Source of the DNA: Clostridia bacterium
GTDB lineage: Bacteria > Bacillota > Clostridia > Christensenellales > CAG-1252
Assembly: GCA_017455385.1 (NCBI GenBank)
Contig: JAFTBD010000002.1
Coordinates: 1-32,934 of the forward strand
Reading direction: 5' to 3'
DNA length: 32,934 nt
A program made the translations under genes and the position numbers. The notes below the pieces were generated by a model. It saw nothing but the letters and a program-made list of their open reading frames with translations, searched no databases and was not told where the DNA came from. Every line of letters starts with the position of its first letter. Within the stretch, counting starts at the first letter, position 1. Positions 7,546 to 16,779 of the stretch are shown here, in pieces.

Positions 7546-8961
7546 TTAATCGTCGCCTTTTGGTTCGAATAGGCGTCGCGGCAACGCCAGCCCCTCATCC
7601 TCCTCCAGCGTCACCTCCACCGCGAACTGGATAATGATCATCATCGCGAAGAAGGACGGGGAGAAGAAGCCCGTATCCACCATGCAGTACCCCTCAAAAA
7701 GGAGGGTGGAGACGAAGAGGAATTGGACGCGGGTGTCTTTCCGATTGAGGAAGAAGGAGCGGTAACGTTGGAAGGTCCAAACGCCGTGGAAGAGTAGACC
7801 CACGACGCCCATCACGGCGCCCACTTGGAGTATCGTGCTGTGGAACCACAGGGGGGTGTATCCGTCTTTGACGCGTTCGCCCATCATATAGTCCCAGCCG
7901 ACGCCGAAGATGGGATGATTGCGGAAGGCTTCCCACGCGGCGGGGTACTCGAAATCCATTCGTCCATTGGAGTCCAAGCCCATGGCGAAGCGGTCGGCGA
8001 GGGCGGGAATGATCTTGTCCGCCGTGAGGACGATGCCCACCATCGCCGCGAAGATGACGGCGCAGAGGGAGAATCCATAGGCGCGCTTATGCGGGGTGAC
8101 CGCCATGATATAAAGGAGCATCGCAGGCATGGCGACGGTGACGACGAGGATGGAGCCACGCGACCCCGTGGAGACCAGTAAGGCGTATTCCGCGATGGCG
8201 GCGACGACGAAAAGAGGCGTCCGATTCCAATCCTTCGTGCAGAAATAGAGGGTGGCGGGGATGGCGAGGGTATAGATGGTGCCGATATTATTCGGACCGC
8301 CCCAGCCGAGCGCGTGACGCTTCTTCGCGATGGCGTCCACGATGGCTTCCACCGAGCCGAGCTTGAGATAATAGACGATCATTTGCAGGCTGATGATGAT
8401 GCCGACCGCGACGAGGTTCTTGAGAACGAAAGAGGGCATTTCCGCCTTGTCTTCCCGTCCGTAATTGCTGACCATATAGTAGGTATAAGCCGCGCCCACC
8501 ATGAAGATGATGAGGAAGGCGAGGAATATGACGAGGGGCTTCTCGTGCCCGCGCACGATGCCGCCGAGGGCGAAGGGGATCATCAGAAGGAGCAGGAAGA
8601 AATGCTGTCCTTTGAATTTCGATGGGCGCAAGATGTCCCAACGGTATTCCTTGCGGAAGCGAACGCCTTGGAATATGAGCCCGCCGAAAAGCGGGATCAA
8701 TAAAAGAAGCAGCCACCAATAAGACGCAAGGTCGTGCGAGTTGTGGCTGATGATAAAGGTGAACTGCATGAAGAAGACCAAGAGGGAACGATTGGACGAG
8801 GTGAAAAAGAGGGGCGCCGTGCATAATAGCGCCAAGAGGCATAGGAATATCACCCACAGCCCCGTCACCCAACCGATGAATACCACCGCGGCTGCAGCTA
8901 CGATGAAAAGGTCACCGGAGCAAAACTTCTCTATCTTGTCGAAAACCTTCGATCCGTCCAT
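7546..8961 (-). CDS. O-antigen ligase / Wzy_C-family polytopic membrane protein
   Basis: Multiple hydrophobic spans. Family-typical motifs LLVSTGSRGSILVV and FRNHPIFGVGWDYMMG, with a large loop between them. The start lies 4 nt after the gltX stop. Confidence 0.65.
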   Translation of the reverse strand: MDGSKVFDKIEKFCSGDLFIVAAAAVVFIGWVTGLWVIFLCLLALLCTAPLFFTSSNRSLLVFFMQFTFIISHNSHDLASYWWLLLLLIPLFGGLIFQGVRFRKEYRWDILRPSKFKGQHFFLLLLMIPFALGGIVRGHEKPLVIFLAFLIIFMVGAAYTYYMVSNYGREDKAEMPSFVLKNLVAVGIIISLQMIVYYLKLGSVEAIVDAIAKKRHALGWGGPNNIGTIYTLAIPATLYFCTKDWNRTPLFVVAAIAEYALLVSTGSRGSILVVTVAMPAMLLYIMAVTPHKRAYGFSLCAVIFAAMVGIVLTADKIIPALADRFAMGLDSNGRMDFEYPAAWEAFRNHPIFGVGWDYMMGERVKDGYTPLWFHSTILQVGAVMGVVGLLFHGVWTFQRYRSFFLNRKDTRVQFLFVSTLLFEGYCMVDTGFFSPSFFAMMIIIQFAVEVTLEEDEGLALPRRLFEPKGDD

Positions 8962-8965
8962 AGCG

Positions 8966-10393
8966 TCAGCGGGTCAGGAGAGCGATGGAGTGCTCCATCC
9001 TCTTGATACATTCCTCTTTCCCGAGGAGCTCCGCCATTTCGGTGGCGCCGCCCGGCGTGGACGCGCGACCCGTGATGGCGATGCGGAAACTCCAGAGCAT
9101 TTGACCTTTCTTGAGTCCGACGTTCTCCGCCGTGGCGACGAGGGTGTCGTGGAGGACGGTCATATCCCAACCGTCTGTCGCACGGATGGCGGGGAGGGCG
9201 GCATTCAGGGCAGTCAGGGCGACGGCGCCGTCCGTCTTCATCTTCTGATGGGTGAAGATCGAGGTGTCGTAGTCGCCGAATTCCTCGAGGAAATTCACGA
9301 GATCGGGGATCTCGGACAGGACTTCCACGCGGGGGATCAGCAGGGGAGCCAAGAGGGAATAGTCGTATTTGCCGCCCACTTTCGAGGCGTCGAGGAAGGG
9401 ACGCGCCGCTTCCACGAACTCGGGCACGGTCATATTCTTGATGTAACTGCCGTTCAGCCAGCGCAGTTTCGCTTCGTCGAAGATGGCGGGAGAGATATTC
9501 ACGCCTTCCACGTTGAAGAGGCGGATGAGGTCATCCATCGACATCATTTCCTCGTTGTTCTTCGGGCTCCAGCCGAGGAGGGCGATATAGTTCACGATCG
9601 CCTTCGGCAGATAGCCTTTCTTCACGAAATCGTCGAAATTCGCGTCGCCGTAGCGCTTGCTGAGCTTGCGCTCTTTGTCCTTCATAATGGGGGGCAGGTG
9701 GATGTATTGCGGGCGCTCCCAGCCGAATGCGTCGTAAATGAGATTATATTTCGGGGTGCTGGACAGGTACTCGTTGCCGCGGATGACGTGGGTGATGCCC
9801 ATCAGGTGGTCGTCCACGACGTTCGCGAAGTTATAGGTGGGCATCCCGTCGCTCTTGAGGAGCACGGCGTCCTCCATATCCTTATACGCCACGCTGATCT
9901 CGCCGTAAACGAGGTCGGTATAGCTGCTGACGCCGTCCGTATCGGGGATATTCTGACGCACGACGTAGCTGTCGCCGCGCGCGAGACGCTCCGCCACTTC
10001 CTCTTTGGAGAGGCGCAGACAGCGCTTGTCGTATTTCACCGTGCCGCCGTCCGTCATGTCGCGCCCCTTGCAGAAGCAGTAATAGGCGCCGCCGCGACGG
10101 ATGAGCTCCTCGGCGTACTTTTTATAGATGGCTTTCCTTTCGCTCTGGACGTAGCTGTAGCCGCCGACTTCCTTGCCGGGACCCTCGTCGTAGTCGATGC
10201 CCGCCTGTTTCAGCGTGTTGAAGATGACGTCCACCGCGCCGTCGACGTAACGACCTTGGTCGGTGTCTTCGATGCGGATGATGAATTTGCCGCCGTTCGC
10301 TCTCGCGTAGAGATAGGCGTATAGAGCGGTGCGCAGGTTGCCGATATGCATGAACCCCGTGGGACTGGGGGCGAATCTCGTTCTGACTTCCAT
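8966..10393 (-). CDS. gltX: Glutamate--tRNA ligase
   Basis: MEVRTRFAPSPTGFMHIGNLRTALYAYLYAR carries the HIGH-type class I signature, and KLSKRYG is the KMSKS-type motif. GGAGG lies upstream of ATG 10393. The track start at 10441 adds 16 residues with no SD. Confidence 0.9.
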   Translation of the reverse strand: MEVRTRFAPSPTGFMHIGNLRTALYAYLYARANGGKFIIRIEDTDQGRYVDGAVDVIFNTLKQAGIDYDEGPGKEVGGYSYVQSERKAIYKKYAEELIRRGGAYYCFCKGRDMTDGGTVKYDKRCLRLSKEEVAERLARGDSYVVRQNIPDTDGVSSYTDLVYGEISVAYKDMEDAVLLKSDGMPTYNFANVVDDHLMGITHVIRGNEYLSSTPKYNLIYDAFGWERPQYIHLPPIMKDKERKLSKRYGDANFDDFVKKGYLPKAIVNYIALLGWSPKNNEEMMSMDDLIRLFNVEGVNISPAIFDEAKLRWLNGSYIKNMTVPEFVEAARPFLDASKVGGKYDYSLLAPLLIPRVEVLSEIPDLVNFLEEFGDYDTSIFTHQKMKTDGAVALTALNAALPAIRATDGWDMTVLHDTLVATAENVGLKKGQMLWSFRIAITGRASTPGGATEMAELLGKEECIKRMEHSIALLTR

Positions 10394-10468
10394 AATTTCC
10401 TCCGTTTTAATTAGTATAATGCATACACGCGCGTTTTGCAACCGCTTTCGAGGGGCGAGGCAGGGCGG

Positions 10469-10489
10469 TCGAAAAAATAATTTTTTCGA
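10469..10489. promoter_or_regulatory. Perfect 9-bp inverted repeat TCGAAAAAA-taa-TTTTTTCGA in the gltX/spoIIE divergent intergenic region (possible operator)
   Basis: Read directly from the sequence. It is flanked by TGNCGAA-like heptamers (GGTCGAA 10467-10473, TTCGAAA 10485-10491, TTCGCGA 10492-10498) that resemble Spo0A boxes. No binding factor can be assigned. Confidence 0.3.
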
Positions 10490-10563
10490 AATTCGCGAAA
10501 AAGGGACGCTTATCGACGTTCTTCGCGATATTCGGACGAGAGCGGCGATGTAAACTTGCCTTT

Positions 10564-12822
10564 ATGGATAAGAGCCTTCGTTCCCTGCTGACCTATGTCC
10601 CCGTCGCCTTTTTCCTCACCTTTTTATTGTCTTCCGCGCGCCTTCCGTGGGAGATCTCTCCCTTTTACCTCGCGGTATTCGCGACCTCAGTGTCTCTCGG
10701 CTGTCATTTTATCGTCGCCGCGCTCGTCTTTCTCGGCGGGACGATGCTGTCCGCGGTGGCGCTCGGGGGGTTCACGGTCGCTTTGCTCTTGCAGATGGTA
10801 TTCGCCGTAGCGGCGTCCGCCGCAGGCGCCGCCGTGCAGTTTCTGCGCCGTCGGCGCTATCACGGATTTTACGCCGTTTTGCTCGCATTTTTCGGACAAT
10901 TATTTACCGTTTTCTTTCTGCCGACCACCGCTCTTTATACCTTCTTGCCGAATGTGGCGCTCGCCGCCTTTTTCGCGCTCTTGACCACGAGGCTCTTCGG
11001 CACGAAACGCGCCCGCATCTTCCTCTTCACGAATGCGGAGAAGGTGCTCGTGATGATCTGCTTATTTGCCCTCGGAGCGGGGGCGTACAGCGTGTCCGGT
11101 TACGGCGTTTCGCCTTATTATCTGCTTCTTGCTGCGGCAGTTCCTCTTTTCGCCGCGCTCGGAACGGAGGGAACGGCATATGCTTTCGCTTTCGCGCTCG
11201 GGGCGACCGTGACCTGCGGGGACGGGCTTCTGGTGCTCCCGGTCGCGCTCGCCGCCCTTCCCATCGAGGGACTTCGACACCATAGAAGGATCGCGGCATT
11301 TAGTGTGCTTTTATCGGAAATATGCGTATATTTTCTATTTAATGCCGCCTTCTCTCCCTATAATTTCATCCTGCTCACGGCGGGTGGTCTCTTCGCGGCG
11401 CTCCTGCCCGAGGAGACCTATCGGAAGGCGGTCGTGCATTTCGGCAAAGGGGAGGAAGTCGCGGCGCGTAGTCTCGTGAATAAGACACGGCTCGACCTCA
11501 GCGGGAAGCTCGGCTGTATGAGTGATGCGCTCAGAAAGATGTCGCATAGTCTCCTTTTCCTCTCTGCGGACGCGGACGAGGAGGAGGTCGCCTGTCGGAT
11601 CGCTCGCGCGATGGCGAAAAAGCTTTGTGAAGGGTGTCGCGGCATTCGGGATTGCTCTCGGCAGGCAGGCGGCGACACGGCGGAGATACTTTTGCCGACG
11701 GTGCGCCGCGGCTTGGGGCAGGGGCGAGCCACCATCGTGGATCTCTCGCCTTATCTCAACAGCAATTGTCATAAGACGAAAAGCCTCATCGACGGGATCA
11801 ACGAGTTCATTCGGCAGTATACGGCGGAGAAAGGGCGGAACGAGGCGCTTGGCGCCGAACGCGCCGTGATGGCGAGCGAAGCGGAAGGGATCGCGGGCAT
11901 CCTCGACGCGATGAAGAAAGAGACGCGGCGGGTCGTCACCTTCGACGGGGATCGGGAGAGACGCATCGTCAGAGAGCTTGCGGCGGAGGGGATCACGGCG
12001 TACGATGCGATGGTCACAGAGGAGGGAGAATACCTCGGCGTCACCGTCACGATGAGCGAGAGCGACGCGGAGGATCCGCGCGCCGCCAAGGGAGTCTCAA
12101 GGGCGCTCGGCGTCCCTCTCCTCGCGGAGAGCGTAGGTCGTATCGGGGCGGGGGCGGTGTCGGTTTGTTTCGAGACGGCGCCCTACTTTGACGTCATCGT
12201 CGGCGAAGCGGTCGCGGTGAAAGAGGGGAGCGCGGAGAGCGGCGACACCAAGACGATCACCCGTCTCGGTTCGGACAAGGTGATGATCGCCCTCTCCGAC
12301 GGCATGGGGAGCGGACGGGAAGCGGGGGACGGCTCTGCGGCGGCGATCTCCCTCGTGGAGAATTTCTACAAAACGGGGGTGGACGAGAAGGTGGTGCTCC
12401 CTCTTATCAATCGGCTCTTGTCCGTCCGAAACGACGGGTCCTTCCAGACCCTCGATATGTGCGTCATCGACCTCAGGACGGGGGTGGCGGATTTTATCAA
12501 ACTCTCTGCGCCCGAGTCGGTCATCAAGCGGAAAGGGGGCTCGGAGATCGTGGAAGGGAGCGCGCTCCCCCTCGGCATCTTGCGGGAAGTCCGCCCCGGC
12601 ATCTCCCGCAAACAGCTCGGGAGCGGCGACCTCGTCGTCCTCATGACGGACGGTATCACGGACGCCATCGGCGCGGACGGCGTCGTGCGCGTCATCGAGA
12701 GCGGCAGGACCAATCACCCCCGCACCGTCGCGGAGAATATCTTGCAGGACGCGTCCTACGTCTCCTCGGCGGATGACAGGACGGTGGTCGCGGTGCGTCT
12801 CTATCGTCGATTGGACGGGTGA
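10564..12822 (+). CDS. spoIIE: Stage II sporulation protein E (membrane-anchored PP2C phosphatase)
   Basis: The N-terminal ~300 aa contain about 10 hydrophobic spans. The C-terminal PP2C/SpoIIE domain motifs are ALSDGMGSGREAGDGSAAAISLVE, DMCVIDLRTGVADFIKLSAPES and VVLMTDGITDA. No clear SD precedes ATG 10564. Confidence 0.85.
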   Translation: MDKSLRSLLTYVPVAFFLTFLLSSARLPWEISPFYLAVFATSVSLGCHFIVAALVFLGGTMLSAVALGGFTVALLLQMVFAVAASAAGAAVQFLRRRRYHGFYAVLLAFFGQLFTVFFLPTTALYTFLPNVALAAFFALLTTRLFGTKRARIFLFTNAEKVLVMICLFALGAGAYSVSGYGVSPYYLLLAAAVPLFAALGTEGTAYAFAFALGATVTCGDGLLVLPVALAALPIEGLRHHRRIAAFSVLLSEICVYFLFNAAFSPYNFILLTAGGLFAALLPEETYRKAVVHFGKGEEVAARSLVNKTRLDLSGKLGCMSDALRKMSHSLLFLSADADEEEVACRIARAMAKKLCEGCRGIRDCSRQAGGDTAEILLPTVRRGLGQGRATIVDLSPYLNSNCHKTKSLIDGINEFIRQYTAEKGRNEALGAERAVMASEAEGIAGILDAMKKETRRVVTFDGDRERRIVRELAAEGITAYDAMVTEEGEYLGVTVTMSESDAEDPRAAKGVSRALGVPLLAESVGRIGAGAVSVCFETAPYFDVIVGEAVAVKEGSAESGDTKTITRLGSDKVMIALSDGMGSGREAGDGSAAAISLVENFYKTGVDEKVVLPLINRLLSVRNDGSFQTLDMCVIDLRTGVADFIKLSAPESVIKRKGGSEIVEGSALPLGILREVRPGISRKQLGSGDLVVLMTDGITDAIGADGVVRVIESGRTNHPRTVAENILQDASYVSSADDRTVVAVRLYRRLDG

Positions 12823-12855
12823 GCGCACACCGCGCGAAAAAAATCGAGAAAACAG

Positions 12856-12884
12856 TTGTGTTTGCGGTTTTTATATGCTACAAT
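12856..12884 (+). promoter_or_regulatory. SigmaA-type promoter upstream of secG
   Basis: TTGTGT (12856-12861), 17-nt spacer, TACAAT (12879-12884), preceded by TGC (extended -10-like). Confidence 0.5.
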
Positions 12885-12917
12885 AATGAAACGATTATAG
12901 AATAGGAGAGTATTCGA

Positions 12918-13205
12918 ATGTTGGATTTTGTTCTTGCTTCGATCAAAAGCGAAGCGTGGGAAGTCATTGATGCCGTGCTCATCATCTTGATGACGGTCAT
13001 TTCCATCGCGATCGTCGTGGTCGTGATGATGCAGGAGGGCGAGAGCGGCGGCGTGTCCGCGATCTCCGGTGGTAGCAGCGAGACCTTTTACGGCAAGAAT
13101 AAGGGCCGCAGCAAAGAGCAGGTCTTGAAGCGTATCACCTTGATCCTCGGTGCGGTCATGCTCGTTATCTCGGTCGTTTTCTTCGCGCTCAAGTCTTTGG
13201 TGTGA
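12918..13205 (+). CDS. secG: Preprotein translocase subunit SecG
   Basis: 95 aa with two hydrophobic helices flanking a Gly/Ser-rich loop (MMQEGESGGVSAISGGSSETFYGKNKG). AGGAGA SD. Conserved secG...smpB neighbourhood. Confidence 0.75.
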   Translation: MLDFVLASIKSEAWEVIDAVLIILMTVISIAIVVVVMMQEGESGGVSAISGGSSETFYGKNKGRSKEQVLKRITLILGAVMLVISVVFFALKSLV

Positions 13206-13235
13206 TACGGCAAGGTAATAGTTGCATCGACATTC

Positions 13236-13262
13236 GGGGGCTTCAGTGCCCCCGTTTTTTCT
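13236..13262 (+). terminator. Terminator-like hairpin plus T-tract after secG, abutting the smpB start codon
   Basis: Stem cgggggc (13236-13242) / gcccccg (13249-13255), loop ttcagt, then TTTTTT. The smpB ATG follows at 13265. Confidence 0.6.
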
Positions 13263-13264
13263 AA

Positions 13265-13711
13265 ATGGAACACGTCAAGATCATCGCACAAAATAAGAAA
13301 GCCTATCACGACTTCTTTATAGACGAGACCTACGAGGCGGGCATCGTCCTCGTCGGCAGCGAGGTGAAGAGCATTCGCGCGGGGAAGGTCAGTTTCGCGG
13401 ACAGTTTCGTGTCCGTGAAGGGTTCGACCGCCGTGCTGGAGAATTTTTACATCGCGCCCTATGAAAAGGGCAGCTACTTTAATCTCGAGGCGCGCCGCGA
13501 CCGCAACCTTCTCCTCAATAAGAGGGAGATCGACAAGCTTCGCGCCGCCGTGGAGAGAAAAGGCTATACCATCGTCGCCACCAAGCTGTATTTCAAGCAT
13601 TCGTTGGTGAAGGTGGAGCTCGGGCTCGCCCGAGGCAAACACGCGTACGACAAACGTAACGCGCTCAAGGAAAAACAGCTCGACCGCGAAGCACAGCGGG
13701 CGGCTATATAA
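13265..13711 (+). CDS. smpB: SsrA-binding protein SmpB
   Basis: IAQNKKAYHDFFIDETYEAGIVLVGSEVKSIRAGK, LLLNKREIDKL and LARGKHAYDKR are canonical SmpB motifs. Confidence 0.9.
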   Translation: MEHVKIIAQNKKAYHDFFIDETYEAGIVLVGSEVKSIRAGKVSFADSFVSVKGSTAVLENFYIAPYEKGSYFNLEARRDRNLLLNKREIDKLRAAVERKGYTIVATKLYFKHSLVKVELGLARGKHAYDKRNALKEKQLDREAQRAAI

Positions 13712-13720
13712 GGAGAAATT

Positions 13721-14986
13721 ATGAAGAAAGAGAGCATCTGTTTGCACGGCGGTTACACCCCGAAGAGCGGTGACGCCAACGTATTACCCATCTATCAGAG
13801 CACGACCTATGCCTATGATACCCCGGAGGAGATGGCGCACCTCTTCGATGTGCCGAAAGACGGACATATCTACACCCGCATCTCCAACCCCACGGTGGCG
13901 GCATTTGAGGAGAAGATGGCGCTTCTCGAGGGCGGCGTCGCTTCCATGATGACCTCTTCCGGTCAGGCGGCGAGCCTCATCACCGTGCTGACGGTGGCGC
14001 AGGCGGGCGACAATATCATCGCTTTCCCCACCCTATACGGCGGCACCTTCAATCTCTTGAAAGTCACGCTGGCGAAGCTCGGCATCGAATGTCGCTTCAT
14101 CAAGCCGGGGATGACGGACGAGGAGATCGAGACTCTCATCGACGACAAGACCAAGCTGATGTTCGGCGAGACCATCGCGAATCCCGCCATGGTCATCTTC
14201 GACTTCGAGCGTTATTCCGCTCTCTGTAAGAAGCACGGGCTCCTGCTCGCGGTGGATAATACCCTCGCGACGCCCTGTCTCGTCACTCCCTTCAAGTACG
14301 GCGTGAACGTCGTCATCCACAGCACCACCAAGTATCTGGACGGTCACGCGGTGGCGGTCGGCGGCATCATCGTGGACGGCGGTAACTTCGAGTTCCGCGG
14401 CAACCCCCGTTATGTAGACTTCACCACCCCCGACGAGAGTTATCACGGCACGGTGTACGTGGACGAAGGCGGTCCGGCGGCATTCGCCCTCAAAGCGAGG
14501 ATGCAACTGATGCGCGACATCGGCTCCAGCCCCAGCCCCTTCAATGCGTTCCTCACCAATCTCGGCACCGAGACCCTCGCGATCCGCATGAAGAAACACA
14601 GCGAGAACGCGATGTACGTCGCCGAGAAGCTCAAGAAGAACGACAAAGTCTCGTGGGTGAAATACTGCGGACTCAAGGATGACGAGAATCACGAGATGGC
14701 GGCGAAGTATTTCGAGGGCGGCTTCGGCGGCATGGTCTGCTTCGGCGTGAAAGGCGGCAGGGCGAAGGCGGCGGATTTCATCCGTAACCTCGGCTTCATC
14801 CGTCAGCTCACCCACATCGCGGACAGCCGCACCTGCGTCTTGCATCCCGCCTCCACCACCCATCGTCAGCTCTCGGACCAAGAGCTCATCGATTGCGGTA
14901 TCAGCGAGGATTTCATCCGTCTCTCCGTCGGTCTCGAAGACGCGGAGGACATCTATCAAGACATCGAACAGTCGCTGAACAAGTAA
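13721..14986 (+). CDS. metY: O-acetylhomoserine sulfhydrylase (PLP-dependent Cys/Met-metabolism family)
   Basis: LPIYQSTTYAYD, HIYTRISNPTVAAFEEKMALLEGG and the PLP-lysine context HSTTKYLDGH. 421 aa. AGGAGA SD overlaps the smpB stop. Confidence 0.85.
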   Translation: MKKESICLHGGYTPKSGDANVLPIYQSTTYAYDTPEEMAHLFDVPKDGHIYTRISNPTVAAFEEKMALLEGGVASMMTSSGQAASLITVLTVAQAGDNIIAFPTLYGGTFNLLKVTLAKLGIECRFIKPGMTDEEIETLIDDKTKLMFGETIANPAMVIFDFERYSALCKKHGLLLAVDNTLATPCLVTPFKYGVNVVIHSTTKYLDGHAVAVGGIIVDGGNFEFRGNPRYVDFTTPDESYHGTVYVDEGGPAAFALKARMQLMRDIGSSPSPFNAFLTNLGTETLAIRMKKHSENAMYVAEKLKKNDKVSWVKYCGLKDDENHEMAAKYFEGGFGGMVCFGVKGGRAKAADFIRNLGFIRQLTHIADSRTCVLHPASTTHRQLSDQELIDCGISEDFIRLSVGLEDAEDIYQDIEQSLNK

Positions 14987-15010
14987 AATTCCGCGACGAA
15001 GGAGAACACT

Positions 15011-15919
15011 ATGCCGATCGTCATTCCGAAAGCGCTTCCGGCTTATAAAATACTCTCGGATGAGAATATATTCGTGATGGGGGACGTCCGCGCCGAGACG
15101 CAGGACATTCGCCCGATAGAGATCGCGATCGTGAATCTCATGCCCACCAAGATCGAGACGGAGACACAGCTCCTCCGTCTTGTCAGCAACTCTCCTTTGC
15201 AGGTCAAAGTGACTCTTATCAAGACGGACAGCTACACCCCCACCCACGTGTCGGGACAGCACCTCTCCCGTTTCTATAAGACCTTCGACGAGGTGAAGGA
15301 TAAGAAGTTCGACGGGCTCATCGTCACGGGCGCTCCGGTGGAGACCATCCCCTTCGAGGAGGTCAAATACTGGACGGAGCTCACCGAGATCTTCGACTGG
15401 GCGGAGAAGGCGGTCACGTCCACCCTCTATATCTGCTGGGGGGCGCAAGCGGCTCTCTATTACCATTACGGGATCAAGAAGTACCTTTTGCCGAAGAAGC
15501 TTTTCGGCATATACGAGAATGCGGCGGTGAACCCATTCGATCCTCTCCTCAAGGGGCTGGACGACACTTTCAATATCCCGATGAGCCGCCATACCGAGAT
15601 CGACCAAGCCGCGACGCAGGCGGTGCCCGATTTGGAGATCCTCGCGAGGGGAAAAGATTGCGGCATCTCCGTCATCAAGAGCCGCGACAATAAGAAAATA
15701 TTCTTGACGGGACACTCGGAGTACGACCGCGACACTCTCTATAAGGAATACAAGCGCGACCTCGACAAGGGAGACCCCATCGAGCCCCCCGTTCGTTATT
15801 TCACGGAGCGCGGCGACGCGGTGAATTTCAGCTGGCGCAGCACCGCGAATCTCATTTTCTATAACTGGCTGAACTATTACGTGTACCAAGTCACGCCTTA
15901 TGACATCGAGAATGTATAA
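15011..15919 (+). CDS. metA: Homoserine O-acyltransferase, MetA family (probably acetyl-transferring)
   Basis: MPIVIPKALPAYKILSDENIFVM and IEIAIVNLMPTKIETETQLLRL. GLIVTGAPVE has Glu at the position reported as the acetyl versus succinyl determinant (Gly111 in E. coli MetA). Pairing with metY fits direct sulfhydrylation. Confidence 0.85.
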   Translation: MPIVIPKALPAYKILSDENIFVMGDVRAETQDIRPIEIAIVNLMPTKIETETQLLRLVSNSPLQVKVTLIKTDSYTPTHVSGQHLSRFYKTFDEVKDKKFDGLIVTGAPVETIPFEEVKYWTELTEIFDWAEKAVTSTLYICWGAQAALYYHYGIKKYLLPKKLFGIYENAAVNPFDPLLKGLDDTFNIPMSRHTEIDQAATQAVPDLEILARGKDCGISVIKSRDNKKIFLTGHSEYDRDTLYKEYKRDLDKGDPIEPPVRYFTERGDAVNFSWRSTANLIFYNWLNYYVYQVTPYDIENV

Positions 15920-16778
15920 GGGCGCGGTCATCGTCAATGCTTTTTGGCGCGGCGGGGACGCAGGCGCGGAGAATATCGCGGCGGAGCTTAGAAAGCGCGG
16001 CATCGACGTTCGCGTACTACGCGCGGACGAATTATGTATGCGGATCGACGACGGAGTCAAGGGCGAATATGCCTTGGACTTCGCCGTTTTTCTCGATAAA
16101 GATATGCACGTCGCGCGTATGCTCGAAGTGCAGGGAGTGCGCCTTTTCAACAGCGCGGAGAGCATTCGCCTCGCCGACGACAAGATGCTGACTCATATCG
16201 CGCTCGCCGCCGCGGGGATCCCACAGCCCCGCACGATCTCCTCGCCGCTCCGTTTTACAGAGGGAGAGGACGATTTCGCAGAGAAAGCGGAGCGCCTGCT
16301 CGGCTATCCCGTCGTGGTCAAGAATTGCTACGGCGCTTTCGGCAAGCAGGTGTGGCTCGTTCGGAATAGGGAAGAGTTTCTCGCGAAGAGGGCGGCGCTC
16401 AGGCTCGAGCCGCATATTTACCAAGAATACGTCGAATGCGGCGCCACCGACATCAGAGTCATCGTTATCGGGGGGAAGGCGGTCGCCGCCATGCGTCGTC
16501 ACGCCTCTGCCGCGGGGGAATTCCGCGCGAATGCGGAGCTCGGCGGATGGGGCGAAGCGATCCCCGTCACCGAGAAACTTGCCGCATTGGCAGCCTCTGT
16601 TGCGGGCGCCCTCGGACTGTGCTATGCGGGGGTGGATATCCTCGAGAGCGACAGGGGGTATCTCGTGACGGAAGTGAATTCCAATGCGGGATTTCGTTTG
16701 ATCGAGAAAGTCACGGGAGCGGACGTCGCGTCCCTCTACGCGGACTACATCGCCTCGGAATTGAGGAAAGGAGAATGA
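15900..16778 (+). CDS. ATP-grasp ligase of the RimK / GshB / LysX type
   Basis: YPVVVKNCYGAFGKQVWLV, YQEYVECGATDIRVIVIGGKAVAAMRR, GEFRANAELGG and AGVDILESDRGYLVTEVNSNAGF. The ATG at 15900 overlaps the metA 3' end by 20 nt. The in-frame ATG at 15912 overlaps it by 8 nt and is an alternative start. Confidence 0.75.
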   Translation: MTSRMYKGAVIVNAFWRGGDAGAENIAAELRKRGIDVRVLRADELCMRIDDGVKGEYALDFAVFLDKDMHVARMLEVQGVRLFNSAESIRLADDKMLTHIALAAAGIPQPRTISSPLRFTEGEDDFAEKAERLLGYPVVVKNCYGAFGKQVWLVRNREEFLAKRAALRLEPHIYQEYVECGATDIRVIVIGGKAVAAMRRHASAAGEFRANAELGGWGEAIPVTEKLAALAASVAGALGLCYAGVDILESDRGYLVTEVNSNAGFRLIEKVTGADVASLYADYIASELRKGE

Positions 16779-16779
16779 T

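Noticed and set aside
7003-7598. Short minus-strand ORFs 7003-7185 and 7350-7598
   Set aside because: They lie entirely within the hairpin and heptamer repeat region. They have no SD and translate to repeat-driven sequence.
8741-10324. 527-aa plus-strand ORF
   Set aside because: It lies antisense to gltX, whose class I synthetase motifs are unambiguous. No motifs are recognisable in the plus-strand product.
13206-13720. tmRNA (ssrA) next to smpB, an S-box/T-box leader before metY, and a T-box before gltX
   Set aside because: The gaps are only 59 nt (secG-smpB) and 9 nt (smpB-metY). The gltX upstream region is 170 nt, shared with spoIIE. No tRNA-like or specifier/T-box structure was seen.
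14033-16183. 716-aa minus-strand ORF spanning metY, metA and the ATP-grasp gene
   Set aside because: It crosses three well-supported plus-strand genes with SD sequences. It is a high-GC antisense artefact.
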